A stretch of 14,461 nt of DNA from an uncultured Dehalococcoidia bacterium (GTDB lineage Bacteria; Chloroflexota; Dehalococcoidia; Lucifugimonadales; UBA3495), in assembly GCA_950072105.1 (NCBI GenBank), contig CATMOE010000075.1:1-14461 (forward strand). Reading direction: 5' to 3'. The position numbers and the translations under genes were made by a program. This document shows, one piece after another, positions 1 through 7,907 of this stretch. Each line of letters starts with the position of its first letter. Position 1 is the stretch's first letter. Below the pieces are notes generated by a model. That model searched no databases. It had not been told where the DNA came from and saw only the letters and a list, made by a program, of their open reading frames with translations.

Positions 1-474
1 GGGTTCTCCAAGAGCTATGCCATGACCGGCTGGCGGCTGGGCTACGGCATCATGCCACCGGAACTGGTGCCTCACATAGTCAAGCTAGCGGTGAACAGCG
101 TTTCCTGTGCCGCTACTTTCTCCCAACGGGCAGCTATCGCCGCCCTAGACGGTCCCCAGGACGGCGTGCAGGCGATGTTGGCGGAGTTCACTCTTCGGCG
201 CCGTCTGGTCACCGATGGCTTGCGGGGGATTCCAGGGATCACGTGCCCCGAGCCCGAGGGGGCCTTCTATGCCTTCCCCAACATCAGCGGCACCGGCCTG
301 AGCAGCGCGGAATTTGAAGACCGGGCGATGAACGAAGCGGGCGTTGCCCTGCTGGCTGGGAATGCCTTCGGCGAATTCGGCGAAGGATACGTTCGTTTGT
401 CCTACGCCAACTCCCAGGAGAACATTTCCAAGGCCCTGGAGCGGCTGGACGCCATGGTCAGAAGTTTGGGCTAA
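1..474 (+). CDS. PLP-dependent aminotransferase class I/II, 5'-truncated by the window edge
   Basis: Frame 1 is open from base 1 and reads GFSKSYAMTGWRLG (PLP-lysine motif). It also contains PEGAFYAFP and GYVRLSYA. Stop TAA at 472-474. Confidence 0.93.
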   Translation, partial: GFSKSYAMTGWRLGYGIMPPELVPHIVKLAVNSVSCAATFSQRAAIAALDGPQDGVQAMLAEFTLRRRLVTDGLRGIPGITCPEPEGAFYAFPNISGTGLSSAEFEDRAMNEAGVALLAGNAFGEFGEGYVRLSYANSQENISKALERLDAMVRSLG

Positions 475-506
475 GCGTTACCAGGGATTGAGGCGGCAAC
501 CCCATT

Positions 507-535
507 CAGATATACTAGCGGCTCTCAGAATGACA
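507..535. repeat. Degenerate REP-like extragenic repeat arm (CAGAT...CTCAGAATGACA)
   Basis: Resembles, from recall, the widespread GATTCTTCG...CTCAGAATGACA intergenic repeat. Only one copy is in the window. Confidence 0.3.
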
Positions 536-590
536 CGATCGAGGCTATTCTACTGACATCTAATTTGAAAATCGATTCGGAGGTCCCACG

Positions 591-1229
591 ATGATTTCGC
601 AGCTTCGCAGCTACACCGTTAACAAAGGAATGATTGACCAATGGGTCAAGCACTTCACCGAGGTGCTGGTGCCCATGCAAGAGAAGCATGGCATCAAGAT
701 CGGCGGCATGTGGGTCAACGAAGACAAAAATCAGTTCATCTGGACTCGCAGTTTTGCCGATGCTGAAGACGTGACGGCCAAAGAGGCCGCATTCTATGGG
801 TCAGCCGAGTGGAGCGGGACGGTGGACCACACTCGTAGTCACATCGCCAGGACCGTAGTTCAAGCCATGGCGCCGGCCACGAAGGTGGAAGGCGACGGCC
901 TCACCATAGGGCCCGAAAAGGTGTCCCAGCTTCGGATGTACACGGTGAACGGGGGCATGATGGACCAGTGGGTAAAGTTGTTCTCGGAAACCCTGGTGCC
1001 CCTTCAGGAAAACCTGGGGATGAAGATTGACGCCATGTGGGTCAACGAAGATAAGAACCAGTTCATATGGATCCGGAGCTTTGCCGACGCCGAAGACTTA
1101 AAGGCCAAAGAGGCCGCGTTCGGCGCGTCGCCAGATTGGCAAGCGATCAGAGAAAATGCAGGTAGTCATCTTGCCCGGCTGGACGTCACTACCATGAACG
1201 CCGTGGCGAAGGTGGCGGTAAGCGCATAA
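591..1229 (+). CDS. Tandem two-domain NIPSNAP family protein
   Basis: GGAGG RBS. Two near-identical halves, each with QLRxYTVN and MWVNEDKNQFIWxRSFADAED, offset by 109 aa. Confidence 0.85.
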   Translation: MISQLRSYTVNKGMIDQWVKHFTEVLVPMQEKHGIKIGGMWVNEDKNQFIWTRSFADAEDVTAKEAAFYGSAEWSGTVDHTRSHIARTVVQAMAPATKVEGDGLTIGPEKVSQLRMYTVNGGMMDQWVKLFSETLVPLQENLGMKIDAMWVNEDKNQFIWIRSFADAEDLKAKEAAFGASPDWQAIRENAGSHLARLDVTTMNAVAKVAVSA

Positions 1230-1274
1230 ATCCTGACGGCTGGTACGTTTTTGGATTAATTAGGAGGAAAGAGT

Positions 1275-2417
1275 ATGGACCTGGGTCTCAGTGAGGTCCA
1301 GCAAATGCTGAAGAGCAGCGCCCAGGAGTTTCTTTCTCAGGAGTGTCCGCTGACCTTGGTTCGGGCCATGGAGGAAGACCCTATGGGTAATAACGACCAA
1401 CTATGGCGGCAGATAGCCGGCTTGGGTTGGACCGGCGTGGCCTTCCCCGAATCCTACGGCGGTACCGGCGGACACTTTCTGGATCTGGCGGTTCTCTTGG
1501 AAGAGATGGGCCGGGCGCTGTGTCCAAGCCCCTTCTTTTCCACGGTCGTCTTGGGCGGTTTGACCGTCTTGGACGCGGGAAGCGATGCCCAGAAACAGGA
1601 CATCGTAACTAAGATTTGCGACGGTCAGTTGCTGATGACTCTGGCGTTGACCGAGCAAACCGCTACCTACGAGCCGTGGGGAATCGAAACCGTGGCCACT
1701 CGTCAAGGGGACAACTTCGTCATTGACGGTACCAAGTTGTTTGTGCCCGACGCCCACGTGGCCGACCTGTTGCTGGTCGCGGCCCGTACGTCGGACGAAG
1801 CGGACCCGTCTCAGGGAATAACCCTGTTCCTCGTGCCTTCAGGAACCTCCGGGCTTACGGTTACTCAGCTAAGCACCATCTCGGCCGACAGGCAGTGCGA
1901 GGTGATATTGAACCAGGTGTCGGTTCCCGCATCGTCGGTGCTGGGTGAAGTAGACCAAGGATGGCCGGTTTTGCAACGCGCTCTGGAACGAGCCACCGCT
2001 GGCAAGTGCATAGAGATGTTAGGCGGGGCCTCGGCTGTCCTGGATATGACCGTCGAATATGTGAAAGGACGGACCCAATTCGGGCGTCCCATCGGCAGCT
2101 TCCAGGCAGTGCAACATCACTGCGCGAATATGGCCACCGACGTTGAAGGCAGCCGGGTCGTAGCTTACCAGGCGGCCTGGAAGGTGTCGGAAGGAGATCC
2201 CGCCCAGCGTGAGGTTTCAGTGGCGAAAGCATGGGTAAGCGCGGCGTATCAACGAGTTTGCTCCTTGGCCCACCAAACCCACGGAGCTATCGGGTTCACC
2301 AAGGAGCACGATCTGCAGCTATTTACCCGGCGGGCAAAGGTGCAGGAACTGAACTACGGCGATGTTAATTTTCACAAGGACGTGGCTCTGCAGCATATGG
2401 AGCGCCAACTGATCTAG
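1275..2417 (+). CDS. Acyl-CoA dehydrogenase (FadE27/28-like, probable subunit of a heteromeric ACAD)
   Basis: AGGAGG RBS. Motifs GTKLFVPDA, RTQFGRPIGSFQAVQH and HGAIGFTKEHDLQLFTRRAK. Confidence 0.92.
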   Translation: MDLGLSEVQQMLKSSAQEFLSQECPLTLVRAMEEDPMGNNDQLWRQIAGLGWTGVAFPESYGGTGGHFLDLAVLLEEMGRALCPSPFFSTVVLGGLTVLDAGSDAQKQDIVTKICDGQLLMTLALTEQTATYEPWGIETVATRQGDNFVIDGTKLFVPDAHVADLLLVAARTSDEADPSQGITLFLVPSGTSGLTVTQLSTISADRQCEVILNQVSVPASSVLGEVDQGWPVLQRALERATAGKCIEMLGGASAVLDMTVEYVKGRTQFGRPIGSFQAVQHHCANMATDVEGSRVVAYQAAWKVSEGDPAQREVSVAKAWVSAAYQRVCSLAHQTHGAIGFTKEHDLQLFTRRAKVQELNYGDVNFHKDVALQHMERQLI

Positions 2418-2475
2418 CACCGCGCCGGCGCTAACCCGAATCTCCTGCAGCGGCCGATATCGGAGATCAGCCTTA

Positions 2476-2823
2476 ATGAGCACCAGCGAATGTATTTTCT
2501 GCGGTATGGCGCGGGACTCCGGCCATAAAGCTCCCATCTACCGCGACGAGCGGGTTTTTGTTCTTAGGGACATCAACCCAAAGGCCCCGACCCACCTGCT
2601 CATAATCCCCAATATGCACCTGCCGTCACTGGCTTACATCGGCCCCGGTCAGGTCCCAATAATGGGCCACTTATTCGTGGTGGCCGAGGAGATGGCCCGC
2701 CGAGAGGGGGTAACCTTGAGCGGATACCGGCTGGTGTTGAACCAGGGCCCGGATTCGGGGCAGGAGATTGAACACCTTCACTTGCACCTCCTGGGAGGGC
2801 AATCGTTGGGGAATATGGGCTGA
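2476..2823 (+). CDS. Histidine triad (HIT/HinT-like) nucleotide-binding protein
   Basis: N-terminal CIFC, DINPKAPTHLLIIP and the HLHLHLLGG triad. GGAG RBS. Confidence 0.95.
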   Translation: MSTSECIFCGMARDSGHKAPIYRDERVFVLRDINPKAPTHLLIIPNMHLPSLAYIGPGQVPIMGHLFVVAEEMARREGVTLSGYRLVLNQGPDSGQEIEHLHLHLLGGQSLGNMG

Positions 2824-3422
2824 TGGATCCCGCCGCGGTTCAGCGGCGGGTCGATCGATTGCCCGCCGGACTTCAGTCCCACATCTACCGGGTTGTTGAG
2901 ATTGCCCGGGAATTGGCGGTCTGCCACGGTATCGACCAAGAACAGGCAGCCCTGGCGGCATTGGCCCATGATGTGGCCAGAGCCATGACGGATGGTGAAT
3001 TGTTGCGCCGGGCCGCGGGCATGGGACTACCCATCGGGGTGGTTGACCGGCGGGTGCCCATACTTCTTCACGGACCGGTGGGCGCCGAGATCCTCCAACA
3101 AGAAGCCGGACTAACCGACATTTCTATTTATAAGGCCGTGTACTGGCACACCACAGCCAACCCGGACTTGGATGAGTTGGGCAAAGTGGTGTTCATAGCC
3201 GACAAACTGGACCCGGCGAAGATTGACTCCTATCCCTATTTGCCACAGATCCGCCAGATGGCATTCCAGGACATGGACCGGGCGATATTGCATTTTCTAA
3301 CGCGGCAGGCGATGGACCGGCTCAATCGGGGTGAGTTGGTCCACCCGGTGATGGTGGAGACTCGAAACGCCTTGCTGGCAGCTTCTGGGGTGCCCGAGAA
3401 TCCAGCCGGAGCCGTCGAATGA
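2823..3422 (+). CDS. yqeK: HD-domain hydrolase, YqeK-like (symmetrical Ap4A hydrolase family)
   Basis: H...V, AHDVAR, LLHGPVGA, HTT and IADKLDP motifs. TGATG stop/start overlap with the HIT gene. Confidence 0.8.
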   Translation: MDPAAVQRRVDRLPAGLQSHIYRVVEIARELAVCHGIDQEQAALAALAHDVARAMTDGELLRRAAGMGLPIGVVDRRVPILLHGPVGAEILQQEAGLTDISIYKAVYWHTTANPDLDELGKVVFIADKLDPAKIDSYPYLPQIRQMAFQDMDRAILHFLTRQAMDRLNRGELVHPVMVETRNALLAASGVPENPAGAVE

Positions 3423-3520
3423 AATCCAAGAGGCGCACCTGATCGCCAAGAATCGCATCTAAGGATATAGACGCAGCCGTATCCGAGTTGGGCCGGTAGA
3501 AAACAAGAAGAGGTTAACCG

Positions 3521-3835
3521 ATGCGTGTAACCCTGGGCGAAGAAGCAGTGATCCACATCCAAAAGAAGGGGGGACGGGCTGTCGTTGATCTGATCAGCAT
3601 GTCATCTTGAGCCGGTTCCACTGTGGAGGTGTCGGTCGACACCAACGTTGCACGGCGAAACATCTTGAATTACCGGACGGTTAAGCAGGACGGTGTAGAG
3701 TTGCTGGTCTCACCCGACCTGGCTCGCCATTCCGAAAATCTTCACATCAAGCTGAACCAGTTCCTCTTTTTCCGGCACCTTAAAGCCGTGGTGGAGCTAA
3801 CCAACGGTGTGGTGTTGGGAGCGCGGGCGATGTAA
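3521..3835 (+). CDS. Probable 104-aa selenoprotein, CC/Se-motif (HesB-like) family, Sec at TGA 3608-3610
   Basis: GAGG RBS before ATG 3521. MRVTLGEEAVIHIQKKGGRAVVDLISMSS-TGA-AGST continues in frame into the listed 3623-3835 ORF. SECIS-like hairpin at 3628-3643. Confidence 0.75.
3628..3643 (+). promoter_or_regulatory. Candidate bacterial SECIS hairpin
   Basis: GGTGTC-GGTC-GACACC: a 6-bp stem with a G-starting loop beginning 23 nt after the TGA. Confidence 0.6.
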
Positions 3836-3875
3836 CCATCCCGCCGGACGGACTTTATACATAACCCAGATTTAA

Positions 3876-3911
3876 GAAAAGACCCCGGCGCGACCCCGCC
3901 GGGGTCTTTTC
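3876..3911. terminator. Rho-independent terminator, potentially bidirectional
   Basis: Perfect 15-bp inverted repeat GAAAAGACCCCGGCG / CGCCGGGGTCTTTTC with a 6-nt loop. Confidence 0.9.
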
Positions 3912-4094
3912 ATTGTGGCGTCTGTCACTGGGCTTGGATAGGCCGTTAATTCAGCATGCGCATCCGGTAAAGCAGCTTCGCCTCGCACGTCTTCAGGCGT
4001 CGCCTCTGCTATACCGCACCGGCCAACGGCGGCCCTTGATTCTCCAGGTATTTGGTTTTTCGTCTTGGGAGTTTCGGAATGGAGTAGAGGTGGA

Positions 4095-5081
4095 ATGATG
4101 CGCTTCGGAATTAATCTGGGTGGCGGAAATCTGCTTGAGGAACCCAGGGAAGAGGCCTTGGCAGGCCGGCTGGAGAAGGCTCGACTAGCCGGCGCCTTGG
4201 GGTACCATTCCCAGTGGACCGGGGCGGGCTATCTGAACAACGACTTTCACTCCATGTTGCTGCTTGCCCGAGCCGCCGCCGAAGCTCCGGACCTGGAACT
4301 CGGCATGGTTTCTTTGCTTCCGCTATACCATCCGGTTGAGGTCGCCGAGCAGGTTGCCACGTTGGACGTGATATGCGGCGGCAGATTCGTTTTGGTCCCG
4401 GCATTGGGTTGGCGGGACTTCCAGTTCAACGCCTTCGGCGTGCCCAAAGAGGAGCGATTGTCCCGGTTCCGTGAGGTTATGGTGGTGATGAAGAAGCTTT
4501 GGTCCCAAGAGCAGGTCACTCACCACGGCAAGCACTTTTACATGGATGATGTTCCAGGGGCCGGTGGTTTGCTGCAAGGACCCCAGCCTAAGATGTACAT
4601 CGCAGCCAACCTGGATGTTGGGGTTGCTAGAGCGGCCCGGGAAGGTGACGGTTGGCCGGTAAGCTCCCGGGCCACTTTGCCGACCATCGAAAGACAGGTA
4701 AAGCTTTACCGGGAGGCTGCCGGGAAGGCTGGCAAAGTAGGCTACATCTCCGCGTGGCGGGAGATGTTCGTGGCCGAGACCCGCCAGCAGGCCGTGGACA
4801 TCGTTCGGCCACACGTGGAATGGCTTTATCGGGATCGGGCCGCCTTGGGGCATAATCAGGAATTGCCTGAGGCTGATCGCATCGACGTTTCCTTCGAGCA
4901 GGTGCTGGATGGGAGGTTCATCATCGGCAGCCCCTCTGAATGCATGAAAGAGATCAAGAGACACCAGGAGTTGGGCGTTGAGGAGCTGGTGCTGCGTTGC
5001 CAGTGGCCGGGGATGCCTAATGAAGACTCGCTAAAGGCCGTAGAGCTTTTCGGACGGGAAGTGCTTCACCACTTTGGGTAA
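4095..5081 (+). CDS. LLM class (luciferase-like) flavin-dependent oxidoreductase
   Basis: GAGGT RBS before ATGATG (start 4095 or 4098). Motifs LPLYHPVEVAEQVATLDVICGGR and IIGSPSEC. Confidence 0.92.
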   Translation: MMRFGINLGGGNLLEEPREEALAGRLEKARLAGALGYHSQWTGAGYLNNDFHSMLLLARAAAEAPDLELGMVSLLPLYHPVEVAEQVATLDVICGGRFVLVPALGWRDFQFNAFGVPKEERLSRFREVMVVMKKLWSQEQVTHHGKHFYMDDVPGAGGLLQGPQPKMYIAANLDVGVARAAREGDGWPVSSRATLPTIERQVKLYREAAGKAGKVGYISAWREMFVAETRQQAVDIVRPHVEWLYRDRAALGHNQELPEADRIDVSFEQVLDGRFIIGSPSECMKEIKRHQELGVEELVLRCQWPGMPNEDSLKAVELFGREVLHHFG

Positions 5082-5133
5082 AGGCCAGGCGGGTCCGCCG
5101 GCGCGTCTATACGAAGATATGACGGTGTGCTCC

Positions 5134-5973
5134 CTAACCGCCGGTGAAGCGCTGGATGAAGGCGCTGGCTAGCTCCTGATCGCCCGTATAGGACATCCGC
5201 CCGTTTGTGATCGCCACTTCCGAATGGATACGTCCGTACATCAGGAATACGAAGGTCTCTCCATCACATCGAAAAGTGACATGAGCATCATCGCTGCTTG
5301 CCACTTCCATGTAGCACCGTTCCTCCGTTACGACTAGGTCCACCCGGTTCTGGGTGGGAGGCTTAACCTCGAACCGATAACGAAGAGGCAATGAAGCAAA
5401 ACCCGCTTCGGTCCTAAATGACCACCACGTAGCTCGTTGCGGGATGCGTTCCACCATCACAGCCACGGATCCAGGAGACAAGCCCGCTTGCGAATCGAAG
5501 CGGGAACGAACGTCCCATCCGTGAACGGCCAGTTCGGAGATTAAGATGTCCACGAGACTTCGGATCGGTTCGGCTCGTGAAGGGCGGAACACACGCTTAT
5601 CCCAGTCCTGGGGACCGATGTTCGCCAAGGCGTCGACGATCCTTTCACTGGTTTTAATAAATTCCGCCAGGAGGTCTCCGCCCAGCGCCCTTCTTAAGGC
5701 GATGGCCTCTTCCGCGTCGGCCACCGGAATGACGTCGCCAAGGCCTAGGCCGGGACTCAGTCCATCGGGAGAAGAGTCGCATTGAAGAGCCCTAAGGACC
5801 CTGGAGGGATTAAATCCTCTGGTAAGGGTCAAGTGGGCCACCACGTCGGCGATACACCACCCATCACACGCGCTGGGTAGGTCCCAGGCTTCTTTGGGTA
5901 AATCTCTTAGGTATTTCTCTAATGCCTCGGTTTCGGCCCGGAGGATTTCGAGCCGCTCTTCCGGTAACGACAG
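5134..5973 (-). CDS. Maleylpyruvate isomerase (MDMPI/DinB superfamily) protein with SCP2-like C-terminal domain; probable CTG start
   Basis: The frame extends upstream of 5844 through WDLPSACDGWCIADVVAHL. It also has ELAVHGWDV. AAGGAG RBS lies 7 nt before CTG at 5973. Confidence 0.82.
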   Translation of the reverse strand: MSLPEERLEILRAETEALEKYLRDLPKEAWDLPSACDGWCIADVVAHLTLTRGFNPSRVLRALQCDSSPDGLSPGLGLGDVIPVADAEEAIALRRALGGDLLAEFIKTSERIVDALANIGPQDWDKRVFRPSRAEPIRSLVDILISELAVHGWDVRSRFDSQAGLSPGSVAVMVERIPQRATWWSFRTEAGFASLPLRYRFEVKPPTQNRVDLVVTEERCYMEVASSDDAHVTFRCDGETFVFLMYGRIHSEVAITNGRMSYTGDQELASAFIQRFTGG

Positions 5974-6094
5974 GCTTCTGCTCCTTTCATCTTCTTCTGT
6001 AGGCCGGCCGGCTCAAATCCAGGTGTCCATCGGAATGGATCCCTTTACGCCCTTTCGAGTATCACGGCGGGAGACATCGGGTTACCGTCGGATT

Positions 6095-6108
6095 CGAACA
6101 ACTGTTCG
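6095..6108. promoter_or_regulatory. LexA (SOS/Cheo) box 1
   Basis: CGAAC-AACT-GTTCG; the palindromic arms extend to TTCGAAC/GTTCGAA. Confidence 0.8.
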
Positions 6109-6138
6109 AAATTGCCCCTAAATTGCTCGAAAAACCTA

Positions 6139-6168
6139 TTGACGTCTTGAGAACAGGCGTTCTATAAT
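6139..6168 (+). promoter_or_regulatory. Sigma70-type promoter with LexA box 2 in the spacer
   Basis: TTGACG (6139-6144), 18-nt spacer, TATAAT (6163-6168). AGAAC-AGGC-GTTCT at 6150-6163. Confidence 0.85.
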
Positions 6169-6183
6169 CTGTTTCAGAAATTA

Positions 6184-6195
6184 GAACACATGTTT
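6184..6195. promoter_or_regulatory. LexA box 3 (one mismatch) in the 5' leader
   Basis: GAAC-ACAT-GTTT immediately before the GGGAGG RBS. Confidence 0.7.
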
Positions 6196-6207
6196 GGGAG
6201 GCGGGAA

Positions 6208-6537
6208 ATGTCCAACGCAACAGCGGTCAAAACTATGACGGACCAAGGCCCGGAATACTACCATTACGAAGACACCGGATGCGAAGTTTCGCCGTCCTGC
6301 CTCACCTGCCCATTGCCGCAGTGCAAGTATGACGACCCCGTGTGGTTTCAACGGCACCGCCGGTTGGCCCGGGACTTGAAGGTCTGGAGCACCATGCAAT
6401 CCGAGAGGTTGACGGCGGATGAAGCGGCGCAACGCTTTTCGGTAACGGTGCGGACCATCTTCCGGATCACACGCCGCTGCCGGGACGCCATCATGGAGGC
6501 TGACGGTGAGGAATTACTAGCCCTGGCCGCGGACTAG
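6208..6537 (+). CDS. Uncharacterised Cys4 metal-binding + helix-turn-helix protein, putatively SOS-regulated
   Basis: GGAGG RBS favours ATG 6208 over 6190. Contains CEVSPSCLTCPLPQC and the HTH-like LTADEAAQRFSVTVRTIFRI. Confidence 0.8.
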   Translation: MSNATAVKTMTDQGPEYYHYEDTGCEVSPSCLTCPLPQCKYDDPVWFQRHRRLARDLKVWSTMQSERLTADEAAQRFSVTVRTIFRITRRCRDAIMEADGEELLALAAD

Positions 6538-6558
6538 TTAGTGGTTGCTGCCAGGTGG

Positions 6559-6619
6559 TTCGACAAGCTCACCACGAACGACGCCAGGTGTTCCTACCGT
6601 TCGTCCTGAGCCTGTCGAA
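6559..6619. repeat. REP/REPIN-like inverted repeat between convergent genes
   Basis: TTCGACAAGCTCACCACGAACG (6559-6580) and CGTTCGTCCTGAGCCTGTCGAA (6598-6619) are complementary at 19 of 22 positions, with a 17-nt spacer. Confidence 0.8.
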
Positions 6620-6650
6620 GGGCCGGGTGAGACTGTCTTAGATCGGGGAT

Positions 6651-7826
6651 CTAGCCTCTGGGCAGATCGAGTCCGCGGGAAGCGATGATATTCCGTTGGA
6701 TCTCCGATGTTCCGGCGGCGATGGTGCCAGAAAAGGCGCTCATCCAGTTTTCCTGTATCCGCCCCTTCAACGGCGCCCACTTGTCGTTGCGGTCCAGGGC
6801 CCCGTACATTCCCAGGATGTCCATGCTGGTCTTGGTTACCCGCTGCACGGTTTCGCTGCCGAAGACCTTGCTCATAGACGCTTCTTTGTTGGGCACCAAG
6901 CCCTGGCCCTGCATGTAGGCTACGTTGAAGGCCATAAGCCTGGCTACTTCACATTCGATAAAGCGGTCGGCCAGAGCATCCCGAACCCATCCAGTCTCCG
7001 CCAGAGGTTTCCCGTTGCGCTTGGTTTCCGTCGCGTATTGCAGCGTTTCCTCCAGCAAGCGGCGGGCATTGGCCGAATAGTCGATTCCCGAGCGTTCGAA
7101 GTCCAGCAGTGTAACCGCCACGTACCAACCGCGGTTTTCCTCCCCGACGACGTTGCGGCGTGGCACCCGCACGTTGTCGAAGATCACTTCGTTGAACTCG
7201 TGCCGGTTGGCCATATTGATTATGGGCCGCACTTGCACTCCCGGACTCTTCATATCCACCAGGATGAAGCTTATTCCCCGGTGTTTGGGAGCATCAACGT
7301 CGGTGCGGGTCAGCAGCATTATCCACTCGGCCCGATGGGCCATGCTGGTCCATATCTTGCTGCCGCTGATCACGAAGTCGTCACCGTCGACCACGGCGCG
7401 GGTGGAGAGGGAGGCCAAGTCCGACCCGGACTGGGGCTCGCTATAGCCCTGGCACCATTGAATCTCGCCACGGGCCACCGGCGGAAGATGGGTCTGCTTC
7501 TGTTCTTCGGAACCGTGAATCATCAAGGTGGGACCCAGCATGCGGACGCCGAAGATGTCCCGGCCGGGCGTGCGGTTGTAGGTCAGTTCCTCGCTGAAAA
7601 TGGCCGAGCGTACCTGGGAGGCCGCCTGCCCGCCGTACTCTTCCGGCCAGTGCATGGTAAGCCAACCCTTGTCGGCCATCTTCTTGCGGATCTGTACGGT
7701 GAAATCCCAGTCGTCCTCTTCGGGATAGCGGCCACCGCCCTCCCAATCGGGGGGCAATTCCTGCTTGATGAACTCACGCACTTGCTGACGAAATTCTTCG
7801 TCCTCAGGGGTAAACCTGAAATCCAC
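6651..7826 (-). CDS. Acyl-CoA dehydrogenase (FadE26/29-like)
   Basis: GTG start with AAGGAG RBS. Motifs WCQGYSEPQSGSDLASL, GSKIWTS, LDFER and IAAGTSEIQRNII. Confidence 0.94.
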   Translation of the reverse strand: MDFRFTPEDEEFRQQVREFIKQELPPDWEGGGRYPEEDDWDFTVQIRKKMADKGWLTMHWPEEYGGQAASQVRSAIFSEELTYNRTPGRDIFGVRMLGPTLMIHGSEEQKQTHLPPVARGEIQWCQGYSEPQSGSDLASLSTRAVVDGDDFVISGSKIWTSMAHRAEWIMLLTRTDVDAPKHRGISFILVDMKSPGVQVRPIINMANRHEFNEVIFDNVRVPRRNVVGEENRGWYVAVTLLDFERSGIDYSANARRLLEETLQYATETKRNGKPLAETGWVRDALADRFIECEVARLMAFNVAYMQGQGLVPNKEASMSKVFGSETVQRVTKTSMDILGMYGALDRNDKWAPLKGRIQENWMSAFSGTIAAGTSEIQRNIIASRGLDLPRG

Positions 7827-7907
7827 GGCGATACTCCTTCTTCAACGTTGAGGAGGGACTACGAAAAATGTGACCTGGAGCCGGGAAAACATAGATCGGC
7901 TTCAGGG

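Noticed and set aside
3623..3835. 70-aa ORF as a stand-alone gene
   Set aside because: No RBS. Better explained as the 3' part of the UGA-readthrough gene starting at 3521.
4065..4094. Upstream TTG start of the LLM gene (likewise 11421 for the epimerase and 6190 for the HTH gene)
   Set aside because: The downstream ATGs have good RBSs and match the family N-termini. ATG 6190 lies inside a LexA box.
3913..4098. 61-aa ORF between the terminator and the LLM gene
   Set aside because: Starts right at the terminator, has no RBS and no motif. Probably a promoter region.
4323..4964. 213-aa and other antisense or overlapping ORFs (e.g. 11556-12275, 9721-10194, 8572-9003)
   Set aside because: They lie opposite well-supported genes and show no family motifs.
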